From sequence record AP017925.1: 64,000 nt of DNA. One strand, 5' to 3'. A program made the translations under genes and the position numbers. Positions 6,747-16,639 of this stretch are shown in pieces. The notes below the pieces were generated by a model that was not told the DNA's origin, ran no database searches, and saw nothing but the letters and a program-made list of their open reading frames with translations. Each line of letters starts with the position of its first letter. The stretch's first letter is position 1.

Positions 6747-7349
6747 TTAAACGATCGGGTTCTGGGTGCCGATTTGCTTGTCGTACTTGCCGCCACGGTC
6801 TTTGTAGCTGACTTTGCACTCGGCATCAGTACGATTGAAGATCAGCTGTGCGATGCCTTGGTCGATGTAGACCTTGGCGTGCGCCGCCGTGCTATTGACA
6901 ATCTCGACCACGAGCTGACCTTCCCAGGTCGGTTCCAGCGGAGTCACCAGCGGGAAGATACCGACACGAGCGTAAGTGCTCTTGCCCAGACACGTCACCA
7001 GGATATCGCGCGGCACTTTGAAATACTCGGGAGTGTGGCCCAGCAGCATGCTGCCCGGCGGAATCACCACGTATTCCAGACCGTCTTCGTCCACACACAG
7101 TTTCGGCTCGGTGTAAACGTCAGCATGCAGGTTACGCGGATCGGCGAGCACGCCGTTCAGGTTGGTGAACAGCTTCAGCTCTTTCTTCGTAAGGCGAATG
7201 TCATAGCCGTAGGACGACACGCCATACGACAAGATCTTCTGGAGACCCTTGTCAGTTTCCATGGTCTTGACAGACTCGTTCACGAAGGGGGTGATCATCC
7301 CTTCTTTTTCACAACGTTCAATAATCTGCCAGTCTGCGAGAATGCTCAT
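6747..7349 (-). CDS. dcd: dCTP deaminase
   Basis: SYGVSSYGYDIRL, GKSTYARVG, PLEPTWEGQLVVEI, GIAQLIF and SYKDRGGKY motifs. Confidence 0.95.
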   Translation of the reverse strand: MSILADWQIIERCEKEGMITPFVNESVKTMETDKGLQKILSYGVSSYGYDIRLTKKELKLFTNLNGVLADPRNLHADVYTEPKLCVDEDGLEYVVIPPGSMLLGHTPEYFKVPRDILVTCLGKSTYARVGIFPLVTPLEPTWEGQLVVEIVNSTAAHAKVYIDQGIAQLIFNRTDAECKVSYKDRGGKYDKQIGTQNPIV

Positions 7350-7392
7350 GATGAATTTCTTTTCCCTGATGGTTGATGGTTAAGATTGTTGC

Positions 7393-7620
7393 TTAGGCGA
7401 TTTTTCTGCTCCAAACTACACGATAGAACTCGTAGTGATAACGAGTGCCATCACCGCGCTCGACGTAGAAACCACGATCGTCACGAAAGCCAACCAATCG
7501 CGTCGTGTAATCCGTCACCTTGAACATCCAGACACTGCGTCTCATTTGAATGTTCACTGCTGCGATTGGAGGAATGCGGTGAGCGGCTTTGGTCAGTCTT
7601 CGACGATGCATGCGTAACAT
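7393..7620 (-). CDS. hypothetical protein (~75 aa)
   Basis: Start moved to MLRMHRR (RBS GAGGT) because a promoter motif sits inside the longer track ORF. Confidence 0.6.
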   Translation of the reverse strand: MLRMHRRRLTKAAHRIPPIAAVNIQMRRSVWMFKVTDYTTRLVGFRDDRGFYVERGDGTRYHYEFYRVVWSRKIA

Positions 7621-7684
7621 GTGGCTTACCTCTAAAGCAAAAGAAGGATCTTTAACGAAAATCGAACGCTCGATATCTACGTAG

Positions 7685-7711
7685 GTAATATGTCGCCAAA
7701 GAATTCTAGAG
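7685..7711 (-). promoter_or_regulatory. putative phage early promoter
   Basis: CTCTAGAATTC-TTTGGCG-ACATATTAC on the minus strand. Confidence 0.65.
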
Positions 7712-7756
7712 TTGATTTCTATACATGCGATGAAATGCACCGGTATTTTTCTTAGC

Positions 7757-7792
7757 GACATAAGGCCAGGGATTTCTCCCTGGCCGCTATGC
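7757..7792. terminator. symmetric terminator (CATAA...TATG flanks)
   Basis: GACATAA-GGCCAGGG-atttct-CCCTGGCC-GCTATGC. Confidence 0.75.
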
Positions 7793-7794
7793 TG

Positions 7795-9597
7795 TTACGT
7801 CAACTTCGTGATCGCGCCGTTGGTTTCCAGCCGATAGGTTCCGCCCACCGTACTGGTCACCACACGAGGCGAGCCAAAGAAGTCATGCGGCTTTAGTCCG
7901 ACGATCTCTTGGATCGATCCGGACTTGTACGCATAGACTTTGCTGGTTTGCGCGTCGATGAGTACCGTCCCGGGATTAGCAGCCGCTGCAGCTACTGCTG
8001 TTGCACAAGCAGTGCTAGTTGCATAGATAGCCGCAGTCAAACTATCCGACGTCTGGAGCTTGCCCTGCATCAGATTCTCGAAGTAAGCCACCTGCATCGA
8101 TACTGACTTCAATTGCTGCTGAGCCGATGGCGCTACATAACCTTTCATGGTGTTGAAAACCATGGTCAGGCCATTTCGCAGAGGCAAATCACCGATCATG
8201 TCGCGATAGCTCTTATACTTCGAGGAAAGACTGACGTGACCGGACTCCGCATCGAACTCAGGTCGAACAATGGTCAACGACTTAGTATAACTGAACGGAA
8301 TCGCGATTGCCTGTTGGACCGTATCATTCTTCCGCATCGGAGTGCGGTTCGCAGCGCCTGCATACCAGTAGGTGTACGATTGTCCGCCGGAATAGTAAAC
8401 CTCACCAATCCGTTTTCCATTCAGCAGGATCTCGCCCCACACCGTCCCAAGATTCGAACCATCCAGACTCATGGAGAGATCAACTTTCCCACCCCAGTCA
8501 GCCCAAGCCTTCCCACCATTAGTCTCTAGCAAACCGGAGGATGGGTTGGTCGACTTCGCAAAGACGAATTCCGTACCTTGGATGTTGTACACGAACTTGT
8601 CTGAGTACATCGAGCCATCGCTCGTCAAAGCCAGCACATTGATCGTGTTCAGGCCGTTAGCAGAGACATTTTGCGAAGGAACTGAACCAGGAGCGTAAGT
8701 AGTAGCTGACGGCGCAACTACGCGAGACTCCGAAGCACCTGCTGCTACGTAATCCGTATCAGCCATCCCTGCGTACAGTGGGTGATCACCATAAGTCGTC
8801 CGCAGGAAGCCCACCTGCACTGGTGTACGGTCGTAATTACCAGTGAAATACGTACCGAACTTCGAAACGATTGCATTAGCTGTTTTGAAGAAGGCGGGAT
8901 CAGCCGTACTAATGTCAGCGATCGTATTGAGGTTATAACCGTGGTCAGTGATCACCACCACGCCATTACCATTTTGACGATATGTCGCAACGTCAGTACA
9001 GGCTTGCGCTGTGATCTTCGAAACAGTTGACCAGCTCGAACTGATGAACACTACGCAAGCATATTGCTCCATTTCGGATAGCGTAGGGTTAAGCGTTCCA
9101 CCATAATCATTGCTATCTTTAATAGTTGGTGTGAAACCCGCCACTGAGCAAATCGCATTGATCGTGTTGTAGAAGCCAGAAGAACCTGTGCTCTTGATGG
9201 GATAGTTACCAGTAACAATGTCGTCACCGAGAAACAGTACCTTCTTGTTACCCGCTGCAACTTTAGTGGGATTGGCTACCCAGTTCAGTGCGTTGTACAA
9301 ATACTTCCCAGCCGGAGTCAGTGCGGAGAAGCTTGCGGGACTAGCGGGATTGGCACTGTTGTAGAATTTCGGGAACCCGCCGTCATACACTACGCGACCG
9401 TTACCGTCTTCCGTCACTGCGATAAACGGATTAGGTGGTGTCAGCGTGTCATACGCGATGTATTTGGAAATGCTGGGAGGAGCGCCGTTCAGCGTAATTG
9501 CTACTTGCGTAACGTCTGCTCGAAAAGTAAATGAAACGTTCTGGGCGCTACCATACGCCCCCGGGGTAATGCTAGGAGTAGTCGCTGGCAACGTCAT
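7795..9597 (-). CDS. putative virion structural protein (600 aa)
   Basis: Ser/Thr/Gly/Ala-rich, beta-rich composition, with a central alpha/beta segment (KKVLFLGD...YACVVFIS...NGNGVVVITDHG). Located next to the fibre genes. Confidence 0.6.
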   Translation of the reverse strand: MTLPATTPSITPGAYGSAQNVSFTFRADVTQVAITLNGAPPSISKYIAYDTLTPPNPFIAVTEDGNGRVVYDGGFPKFYNSANPASPASFSALTPAGKYLYNALNWVANPTKVAAGNKKVLFLGDDIVTGNYPIKSTGSSGFYNTINAICSVAGFTPTIKDSNDYGGTLNPTLSEMEQYACVVFISSSWSTVSKITAQACTDVATYRQNGNGVVVITDHGYNLNTIADISTADPAFFKTANAIVSKFGTYFTGNYDRTPVQVGFLRTTYGDHPLYAGMADTDYVAAGASESRVVAPSATTYAPGSVPSQNVSANGLNTINVLALTSDGSMYSDKFVYNIQGTEFVFAKSTNPSSGLLETNGGKAWADWGGKVDLSMSLDGSNLGTVWGEILLNGKRIGEVYYSGGQSYTYWYAGAANRTPMRKNDTVQQAIAIPFSYTKSLTIVRPEFDAESGHVSLSSKYKSYRDMIGDLPLRNGLTMVFNTMKGYVAPSAQQQLKSVSMQVAYFENLMQGKLQTSDSLTAAIYATSTACATAVAAAAANPGTVLIDAQTSKVYAYKSGSIQEIVGLKPHDFFGSPRVVTSTVGGTYRLETNGAITKLT

Positions 9598-9607
9598 TGC
9601 TTACTCC

Positions 9608-9964
9608 TTATACTTCAGCCAACACCGCGAAGACGCGGATAATGAACGACAACGTGCTGGCGTGTTGGTTGACGACGCGCACTTGGCCGGTTTCTTTGTA
9701 GCCGATAGCGGCAACACCAAGGGCCGAAACGTAAAAGCCATTGGTTGGAGAGGCAGCATCGTTATCCAGTACGAATACTTGGATTTCGGTGCGAGTTAAA
9801 TCGTATTTGGATGCATCAGCGCCAAGTGCGGCCGCCATATCGTAATCCCAAGTTTGATTTGTATTCAGATCAACGTGGGCAACAGTTTGATAAGCGTGAC
9901 GACCATACAGAGTGCCTTTCGTTACGAGAATCGCACCGTTCAGGTTCGGGAAAGGAGTGGCCAT
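9608..9964 (-). CDS. putative small virion structural protein (118 aa)
   Basis: RBS AAGGAG at the junction to the 600-aa gene, co-oriented with it. Confidence 0.6.
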   Translation of the reverse strand: MATPFPNLNGAILVTKGTLYGRHAYQTVAHVDLNTNQTWDYDMAAALGADASKYDLTRTEIQVFVLDNDAASPTNGFYVSALGVAAIGYKETGQVRVVNQHASTLSFIIRVFAVLAEV

Positions 9965-10035
9965 ATCTTTTTTCTTCCAACAAGAGGGAACAACAGCCTG
10001 CTTTATTGCAGGCTATACTCATAGTAATCGAGGCA

Positions 10036-10070
10036 GCATAAAGCCCGGGTTTCCCCGGGCCCATATGCCG
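10036..10070. terminator. symmetric terminator closing the U32/permease operon
   Basis: GCATAAA-GCCCGGG-tttc-CCCGGGC-CCATATGCC. Confidence 0.8.
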
Positions 10071-10082
10071 TTGAAGTTAGGA

Positions 10083-11123
10083 TTACATGGCTTGGAAGAG
10101 GCCCACGAACACCATCAGTCCTGCGAGCCCGCCAACGTAACGATAGAAGTCAGCGGGACGGGTCTTGAAGTAACTGGCCGAGATAGCACCGCACTTGTGA
10201 ACCGGGGACAACAGATAACCGGCGTATTCTGCCATCAGGATGATCGGGAAATACTGGATACCGAATAGCAACGTCATTGCCACACAGATACCAGCGTACT
10301 TACCGCTCGAACCCAGCGCAAACGATGCTGCGAAGCCGCCAGCAACAGCCACACCGATCAGGCCAGGAGTCAGTGTGCCCATGTGTGCGATTTTGAAGAA
10401 GTTCTGGATGGCATCCGAGTTCATCTTCAGGTAGTTCGACAACACGATCACCCCAGCAACCAACAGCAAGGTATCCCACTTGATGAAGGAGAGCAGTTCT
10501 TCAGCTCGCACTCGGTTAGTGATAACGTAGAACAATGCCACCACTGGGAAGATGAAATACGGTTCGCAGAAGATGCTTGCCGCCAGACCAGCCAAGAATG
10601 GCACGATTTGCAGCACTTCCAAAGCCGAATACGACTTGCGCACCGTTGACAGCTCGATGTCATCTTCCTGCACGTAGTTGAACACCACGAACACGAGGTA
10701 AGCCACGTAGGCGAGCAGCGGCCAAACGGTGTAGGCCAACAGTTGCGAGTACGTAAGGCTCAAACCAGCCATCATGATCAGCACGGACTTCTCCAGCGGC
10801 GACCACAAGTAGTAGTGATGTGTTGCCACGAAATCGAGCACACCCATCTTGCCACGCGAAGCATGCGCCGAGCAACAACTGTCACGCGGTGTCTTGACGA
10901 GCGAGTCGAGGATCGGCGCTGAGACACTGACACGCCCTTCCACCGGCAGCACACCGGAGATCAGGGAGATGCCGAGCAGTGCGAGTCGTTTCGACCGCAC
11001 TTTGTCAACAAACGCGACAAAGGCCGGGATGAACAACCCTCGCGTCTTGAAGATGCCTCCGATGATAAAGGCGCTCAGCAGCACGAGCAGGGCCTCCTGG
11101 CCCGAGAAGAGAAGTTTAAGCAT
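10083..11123 (-). CDS. multi-pass membrane permease, ion-transporter (IT) superfamily / DUF401-like
   Basis: About 9-10 hydrophobic segments. GVLPVEGRVSVSAPIL and HHYYLWSPLEK motifs. Start moved to MLKLLF (8-nt overlap with the upstream stop). Confidence 0.7.
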   Translation of the reverse strand: MLKLLFSGQEALLVLLSAFIIGGIFKTRGLFIPAFVAFVDKVRSKRLALLGISLISGVLPVEGRVSVSAPILDSLVKTPRDSCCSAHASRGKMGVLDFVATHHYYLWSPLEKSVLIMMAGLSLTYSQLLAYTVWPLLAYVAYLVFVVFNYVQEDDIELSTVRKSYSALEVLQIVPFLAGLAASIFCEPYFIFPVVALFYVITNRVRAEELLSFIKWDTLLLVAGVIVLSNYLKMNSDAIQNFFKIAHMGTLTPGLIGVAVAGGFAASFALGSSGKYAGICVAMTLLFGIQYFPIILMAEYAGYLLSPVHKCGAISASYFKTRPADFYRYVGGLAGLMVFVGLFQAM

Positions 11124-12156
11124 GTTGTTGATTTTCCTTGATTTTAGCGACCGTGTCTTCACACACAGTGCACTTCCAGCAATTGAACCGACAGGTTCGG
11201 ATGGTTTTCAACCAGATCTTGCGATCCAGCTCCGGCAGCACTGACAAGGCTTGACGGTAAGGATCATCGATCATTTCCCGTCGCACGAACTGCCGAACGA
11301 TTTTCAGCGTCTGGTAGAACGTGTGCTTACTCTCTCGCCCATGCATCTTGAAGACATCGACGTAGTTCGAGAGATTATCGAGCGTGCTATAGAAAGAGGG
11401 GATACTGGCAGCTTTCAGCGCCCAGAGAATGGAGTTCTCGTCCTTGATCTTGCAGGGCGAGATATCAAACATCTCCGAAGCGAAATAGGCCTTGTCTTTC
11501 TCAGCACGACGAAGGTTGTAAGTGTAATGGTCCTGATGTACCGGACAGTTCCCTTCACACATTTCGTTATACAGCAACGAGATGTAGAGCTTTCTTCCCA
11601 GCTTCCTTTCCATCGCTAATTTAGCAGCGTGGACTTCTTTCAGCGTGCGCTCGTCACGCATCAGAGTCCGGTCGAGGTTGATATAATCGAACCCATCTTG
11701 GAAAAGCACTGCAACTTCCGAAGCTGTCTGTACACGGTTGAGAATCGTGTTCTTGACAAACAGTTCCGGAAACTCCTGCTTCAGTCCAAACCGCAACCAT
11801 GCCGTATTCGGAATGGTGACGATTCGGATACCTTCGTCATAAAGCGGACGAAAGTGCTTCACGAACGTTTGATAGTTCGCAAAGCTGGGTGAAACGGTGA
11901 TGTTGTTGAAAGTAGGAGAGGCATGCAGTCCAAAGCGGTCAGCAACGATCATCGCATTACGCGTAACTGTTGCGACTTCTTCAGGGACAATCACACCGCC
12001 CATGGCATCGTTTTGGAACGGGGGTAGCCGGCAGGTGAAGTACAAGTCCGAGATAACGTCCTTGCACTCCTCCAGAAACGGATACACATCCCGCTCGATC
12101 TCCTCTGGACTCAAACCGGGCCACAGAGGGATCGAGAACTGGATGTCTTTCAGCAT
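11116..12156 (-). CDS. U32-family-like Cys-rich TIM-barrel protein (putative Fe-S enzyme)
   Basis: DYINLDRTLMRD, LLYNEMCEGNCPVHQDHY, SPC, FKMHGRE (cf. U32 KIEGR) and a C-terminal CRFNCWKCTVC. Confidence 0.65.
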   Translation of the reverse strand: MLKDIQFSIPLWPGLSPEEIERDVYPFLEECKDVISDLYFTCRLPPFQNDAMGGVIVPEEVATVTRNAMIVADRFGLHASPTFNNITVSPSFANYQTFVKHFRPLYDEGIRIVTIPNTAWLRFGLKQEFPELFVKNTILNRVQTASEVAVLFQDGFDYINLDRTLMRDERTLKEVHAAKLAMERKLGRKLYISLLYNEMCEGNCPVHQDHYTYNLRRAEKDKAYFASEMFDISPCKIKDENSILWALKAASIPSFYSTLDNLSNYVDVFKMHGRESKHTFYQTLKIVRQFVRREMIDDPYRQALSVLPELDRKIWLKTIRTCRFNCWKCTVCEDTVAKIKENQQHA

Positions 12157-12804
12157 TTAGCGATCCTGTAAGGCCAGTTGCTGATCGCGAACATCGCGCA
12201 GAGCATTCTGCGTGACGATAGCTTGACCTTGCGCCAGCGACAGAATGCTCTGCTGCTGTTCCAGCGGCAGGTTCAGGATAGCTTCCAGAGTGCCTTTGTT
12301 GATGGTGCCGAAGTTGATCAGGTCAGAATGCACGCCACGCGCCAACTTGTGCGTCCAGAAGTGCGCTTCGTTGACTGCGTGGAAGTTCGGATCTTGCAGC
12401 TCCTTGAGCAGCTTTTCTTTGCCGCCGAAATGCTCATCGGCAAGCTTGATCAACTGATCATTGAAGAACTGGACTTCAGCGTTCTGCTGACTCAAGATGG
12501 ACTGCTTGCGATTCAGCTCGAACTCGTACCGGCGGATCTGTACATCTTGCAGCTGGCTTTCGAGTTTGTTGAACGAGCCTACTTTTTCTTTCGCTTGCTC
12601 GGCCTGCTGTTTCTTGATCTGCAACTCCTCGATATCGAAACCGATCGAGGTGATGTTTTCAAGACGTGCGCGCGTCTCGACGATAATCTGCCGCAGCTTG
12701 CGATACGGCGTGATCTGATCCTTGATCACGAAATTATCCATCTGGAATACCGACATGCCATTCGACATATGCGGTTCGAGACTGAGGTAAAGGCTGATGT
12801 CCAT
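12157..12804 (-). CDS. coiled-coil protein (215 aa)
   Basis: Heptad-rich Q/E/K/L core between FVIKDQITPYRKLRQ and FWTHKLAR. Abuts the U32 gene with zero gap. Confidence 0.75.
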   Translation of the reverse strand: MDISLYLSLEPHMSNGMSVFQMDNFVIKDQITPYRKLRQIIVETRARLENITSIGFDIEELQIKKQQAEQAKEKVGSFNKLESQLQDVQIRRYEFELNRKQSILSQQNAEVQFFNDQLIKLADEHFGGKEKLLKELQDPNFHAVNEAHFWTHKLARGVHSDLINFGTINKGTLEAILNLPLEQQQSILSLAQGQAIVTQNALRDVRDQQLALQDR

Positions 12805-12818
12805 CTTGGTTACCAGGG

Positions 12819-13295
12819 TTAGAGGTTATAGTGGAGATTCTTGCGGATGTAGGTACGTGCGTCCTCGGCAGTCGTCAGTGCATTCACGGCATCGACGTAC
12901 GTTTGCACGATGTCGTCAGCAATGTCATACATCCGTTTCTTGTCAGGAATCCAGACGTTGAGCATCAGCCATTTCATGTAATCGAGCTGGATGGTCAACT
13001 GGTCTTCGCTATAAATAATAGCCCGCCTGTTTTTATTATCCACCTCAGTGCCAAACGCTACTTCCCCGTTGAAAGGGTCATACCAAAGCTTACGCCCTTG
13101 CGGGTGCTGGTAGAAGATGTGTTTGGCGTACTGCTCGTCCGGATAGTCGACAACGAACTCCGCATTCGGGGTAGTCGGACACACGACGATGAACAGGCGG
13201 TTTTCCAGTGCGCCGCCGCCTACGATTTCAAAACCATCCGGTTGCTGACTGTGATCAAACGTACCGGACTGATTCTTAACAATGAAGAATGCCAT
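12819..13295 (-). CDS. hypothetical protein (158 aa)
   Basis: Abuts the Kelch-like gene with zero gap. Confidence 0.75.
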   Translation of the reverse strand: MAFFIVKNQSGTFDHSQQPDGFEIVGGGALENRLFIVVCPTTPNAEFVVDYPDEQYAKHIFYQHPQGRKLWYDPFNGEVAFGTEVDNKNRRAIIYSEDQLTIQLDYMKWLMLNVWIPDKKRMYDIADDIVQTYVDAVNALTTAEDARTYIRKNLHYNL

Positions 13296-14222
13296 TTAGA
13301 ACCCCTGCATCATCTGGCCAGATGACTGGGCAAGCACCAGATCCGGCAAAGTGGCGATAGCTTCGGTGGCAAGCGAGATGCGCTGGCACAGACCGTGCTG
13401 CGTATTGCCGTAACGACCCGTGGTGTCGGAGTAACCAGCCATCATAAAGCCATAACTGCTGTTCGCCAGAGCATGACTCTCACCGAAGTTGTACGAGTAG
13501 GATGAAGCTACTGTGAAGGCTTGAATCGTTGAACCGCTGACATCAAGACGGACGTTGCGACCAAGCATACCAACGAAGTAGCCGCGAGTGTTATTCACGC
13601 TCATGCCGCACGGAATCTGGATATTGCTGTCCAATGCTGATGGGCCACCAATGCCGGACGCTACCGCCTTCGTCGTGAAGTTGAGCGTAGTAACGGATTG
13701 GTTAGCCGGCGTCAGGAAGAAACCAGCCGAGCCCGTACCGATAGCTTGTCGAGTGCTACCGTAAGGTGCACTGGAAAGCAAACCTTGGCTTGTCGGCGTA
13801 TCGGTCGTCAAATCAACCTTATACCAGTCACCATCGATACTAGCTTGGATCGACGGATTGACTGTAGCCAAAATCCAAGCCTGCGAATAGACGTTCAAGT
13901 CGGACACTGACACACTCGGATCGCGCGCAGTAGTGAACGATGCAGATGCGCTGGCGGTGATGTAGTTGAACTTGTTGTATGCTGTCGTATCACTGATCGA
14001 GAAGTAACCATTGTACGCCCCAGAAATACCAGGGCGGTAATTACGCTGGTAACCAGTGTCATACACGAGCTGCCCTACTTGCGTAGTCGTGTTGAACAGC
14101 TGCACTTTGGAGTGCACAGTAGAGTCTTTGTAGCCACCTTGCAGGTAGCCAATCGAGCGTTGTACCGGTCCCAAGTTCCCCGGGACCGTACGATTTCTCG
14201 TGAGTGCTTTTAAGAGACCCAT
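13296..14222 (-). CDS. Kelch-like beta-propeller protein (~308 aa)
   Basis: Repeats of the type GYLQGGY...VQLFN, GYFVG and GFMMAGY...QRIS. Start moved to MGLLKAL (RBS GAGGG). Confidence 0.6.
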   Translation of the reverse strand: MGLLKALTRNRTVPGNLGPVQRSIGYLQGGYKDSTVHSKVQLFNTTTQVGQLVYDTGYQRNYRPGISGAYNGYFSISDTTAYNKFNYITASASASFTTARDPSVSVSDLNVYSQAWILATVNPSIQASIDGDWYKVDLTTDTPTSQGLLSSAPYGSTRQAIGTGSAGFFLTPANQSVTTLNFTTKAVASGIGGPSALDSNIQIPCGMSVNNTRGYFVGMLGRNVRLDVSGSTIQAFTVASSYSYNFGESHALANSSYGFMMAGYSDTTGRYGNTQHGLCQRISLATEAIATLPDLVLAQSSGQMMQGF

Positions 14223-14233
14223 GTTTCCCTCAA

Positions 14234-14746
14234 TTAGGCAGTATTGGCCAGGATAGCGATCGTCAGATCGGTAAGCGTGGCATCTTGCGTAGATGGCAGG
14301 CACTTCATGGCAAATTGGTCGCCCGGGTTGAGTAACAGGTCAGTTGCCAGAGTAAACGTGCCGTTGGTCGCATTCGCAGCAAAGTTCAGCGTACCAACCT
14401 GTACACCGTTCTTCATAATCGCAATGTCGAACGAAGCAGAGGCTGCAATACTACAGAAAGCAAAGCTACCCGGACAGCCAGCCAGAATCTTGACTGTGCG
14501 AACAGAAATCGCACGCATCAAGATTTCCTGTACGAGCGGCTTGCCGTTGATGAAGTTGTGAAAGTCATAGGTAGACGGACCAGCAGGTCCTTGAATACCC
14601 TGGGAGCCCGTCGCTCCGGTAGCACCCTGCACACCTTGCGGGCCCGCAGGCCCGGCAGGCCCTTGGGGTCCCGCAGGAATAGCGGCTACCTTGCCATCGA
14701 CATAGCCTTGCGATGCGAGCGCTTTGCCATTAACAGGAAAAGTCAT
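14234..14746 (-). CDS. short collagen-repeat structural protein (170 aa)
   Basis: About 11 GXY triplets (GPQGPAGPAGPQGVQGATGATGSQGIQGPAGP) followed by a beta-rich C-terminal domain. Confidence 0.75.
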   Translation of the reverse strand: MTFPVNGKALASQGYVDGKVAAIPAGPQGPAGPAGPQGVQGATGATGSQGIQGPAGPSTYDFHNFINGKPLVQEILMRAISVRTVKILAGCPGSFAFCSIAASASFDIAIMKNGVQVGTLNFAANATNGTFTLATDLLLNPGDQFAMKCLPSTQDATLTDLTIAILANTA

Positions 14747-14827
14747 TTTTATTCCGCCACGAATATGAGTTAAAAGATACTCGACCCCTTATAAGGGTCG
14801 TAAGCTCATAGTAATCTCAGTCGCAAC

Positions 14828-14860
14828 GGCATAAACGGCGGTGGGGGAAACCCACCGCCT
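14828..14860 (-). terminator. intrinsic terminator with TTTATGCC tail
   Basis: GGCATAAA-C-GGCGGTGGG-ggaaa-CCCACCGCC. Confidence 0.8.
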
Positions 14861-14894
14861 TGGGTGCTCCTTAGCCCCTAAGTGCAGCCAGTGT

Positions 14895-15512
14895 TTAAGC
14901 CAGCCACGGTAAAGCAGCAGTGTCTAGGAAATTCATGCTCTTGGCGAAGAAACTAGCGCTGACGAACATGAGAAATCCGTGATACTGTTGAACGAACTTC
15001 GAACTACTTTGTACTAACCCCCTGAAGCCATCACGAACGATGGCCATGCTGCCAAAATTGCTGTCACTGCCACCAGTTAACACATTCTCACTCTCGTGGA
15101 ACACCGGCTCAATGTACGTCTGCCAATAATCCACCGCATTGCCTTCATGCGGCTTGAAAGTGCTTCCATCCCATACAAGCAAGAACGCTTGCCCGCGAAC
15201 CAGAGCTTGATCCGGATCACGCAACAATACTACACGCTCTTTACCTGCAGCGACCAAATAGCGGCTTTCCAGGATACTGTTGCCATCCAATCCGATGCGT
15301 TCACGACAGATATACTGCATCGGTTGACGGCGGTATCGCTGAGGATAGTGCGCACTATCCTCATGTTGACTTGTTAGAAAGTCAAATGGAAGTACCTCAG
15401 TTTGTCGACATAAACGATTGCGCACATTCCGATACAGCATTTGATACGACTGGAACTTCAAACGTTCCTGCATCGGAATTTCACTGCACGCGTCTTCGCA
15501 CATATCTAGCAC
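14895..15512 (-). CDS. hypothetical protein, start uncertain (may begin at 15320)
   Basis: The C-terminal 140 aa look protein-like. The N-terminal part crosses a perfect 24-bp palindrome. Confidence 0.45.
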   Translation of the reverse strand: MLDMCEDACSEIPMQERLKFQSYQMLYRNVRNRLCRQTEVLPFDFLTSQHEDSAHYPQRYRRQPMQYICRERIGLDGNSILESRYLVAAGKERVVLLRDPDQALVRGQAFLLVWDGSTFKPHEGNAVDYWQTYIEPVFHESENVLTGGSDSNFGSMAIVRDGFRGLVQSSSKFVQQYHGFLMFVSASFFAKSMNFLDTAALPWLA

Positions 15513-15819
15513 TTTACCTTTCTTTGAGGTTGTTGGATAGAAAGGATTTATCGAGTTTGGCCTTCTCCTCGCGTTGGCTTTTATTCGCTCTCTGATTCTT
15601 TTTTCTTTATGGCCAGTATTATTGTTGTCAGGAAAAACCCTTCCACCAAGATAGACCTATTGGTAAAAATTACATTTTACTCATCAGACATAGGGAGTGG
15701 CAATTAAGCCACTCCCTGATAACTTAAAAACAGATGCACTCTACGTCCCAGTACCCGCAGTTGGGGCAAGTGAGATCATACGAGCTTACCTTAACTTTTC
15801 GGTATTTCATACCCACCTC

Positions 15820-16167
15820 CTAGCGAGCAATGACAATGCCCTTGACCCGTGTCTTCTTGAGCGGTTTAGCGTATTGCAGTCGCTTAGCTTCAGAGCGCTT
15901 GTGGCGCTCCTTGCGACTCTGCTGCAAGCTCGCTTCCTTAGCCAGCGAGTTCTGCCAACCAGCACGTGACAAGAGTCGCTTGTGCTCTGCAAAGCTCAGA
16001 TCTCGTACAAGGTACTCCAGATTGTGGAGATACGTACCGGGGAACTGTTCCAGCTGATGCATCGAGAGCAGATTAGTTTGTGCAGACCTTCTCAGGCCCT
16101 CGATCAAGGCTCTAGACATAGCCGAACTAGCACCAGAACCACCTATCACTACGACTCTTCGTTCCAT
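15820..16167 (-). CDS. hypothetical basic protein (115 aa)
   Basis: RBS AAGGAAG, K/R-rich C-terminus. Confidence 0.6.
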   Translation of the reverse strand: MERRVVVIGGSGASSAMSRALIEGLRRSAQTNLLSMHQLEQFPGTYLHNLEYLVRDLSFAEHKRLLSRAGWQNSLAKEASLQQSRKERHKRSEAKRLQYAKPLKKTRVKGIVIAR

Positions 16168-16178
16168 TATTCTTCCTT

Positions 16179-16367
16179 CTACTCTTTGGGATGGAAATGC
16201 AGAATAGCCAGCAACTCTTGGCGAGTGTAGTTACCGTTCAGATTCACGTAAGGTACGGAATTACAACGGTCTCCCCAAAACAACTCGGTTAGGTTCAATC
16301 CACTTTTAGTACCCGTACCGCCAAGGATTTTATCAGCTTGTTCATCTGTCATCAGTGACATGATCAC
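16179..16367 (-). CDS. hypothetical protein (62 aa)
   Basis: RBS AAGGAG. Confidence 0.6.
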   Translation of the reverse strand: MIMSLMTDEQADKILGGTGTKSGLNLTELFWGDRCNSVPYVNLNGNYTRQELLAILHFHPKE

Positions 16368-16639
16368 TCCTTTAGTGTCTTCCTTATAATGCTCTATAAC
16401 AGGTTTATTCTCTACTTATAGTCAGAGCTTCGCTAGGTTAGCTAGAGGAGCGCTATGACGCTCCTAGGTACTCTAGAAGGGAAGATAAAGGATGGTCGTG
16501 CCATAGCACGACAAATGTTTACTAGCAAAACGACCCCATTGGGCATCACTCGGTGTCTCTACAACCCGAAGGTCGTAGGGACGCGTCTCAGAGCAGTAGC
16601 AAGCTGCTCCATGGGATAAGGAAGGGGTGTAAAAAAGCA

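Noticed and set aside
15512-15650. Upstream extension of the 14895..15512 frame (basic GHKEKRIRERIKANARRR stretch)
   Set aside because: The frame is open further upstream but hits TAG without an ATG/GTG/TTG start, so it cannot be supported as coding.
16385-16390. Sigma70 promoter from TATAAT on the plus strand
   Set aside because: No TTGACA-like -35 at 17 bp spacing and no plus-strand gene downstream.
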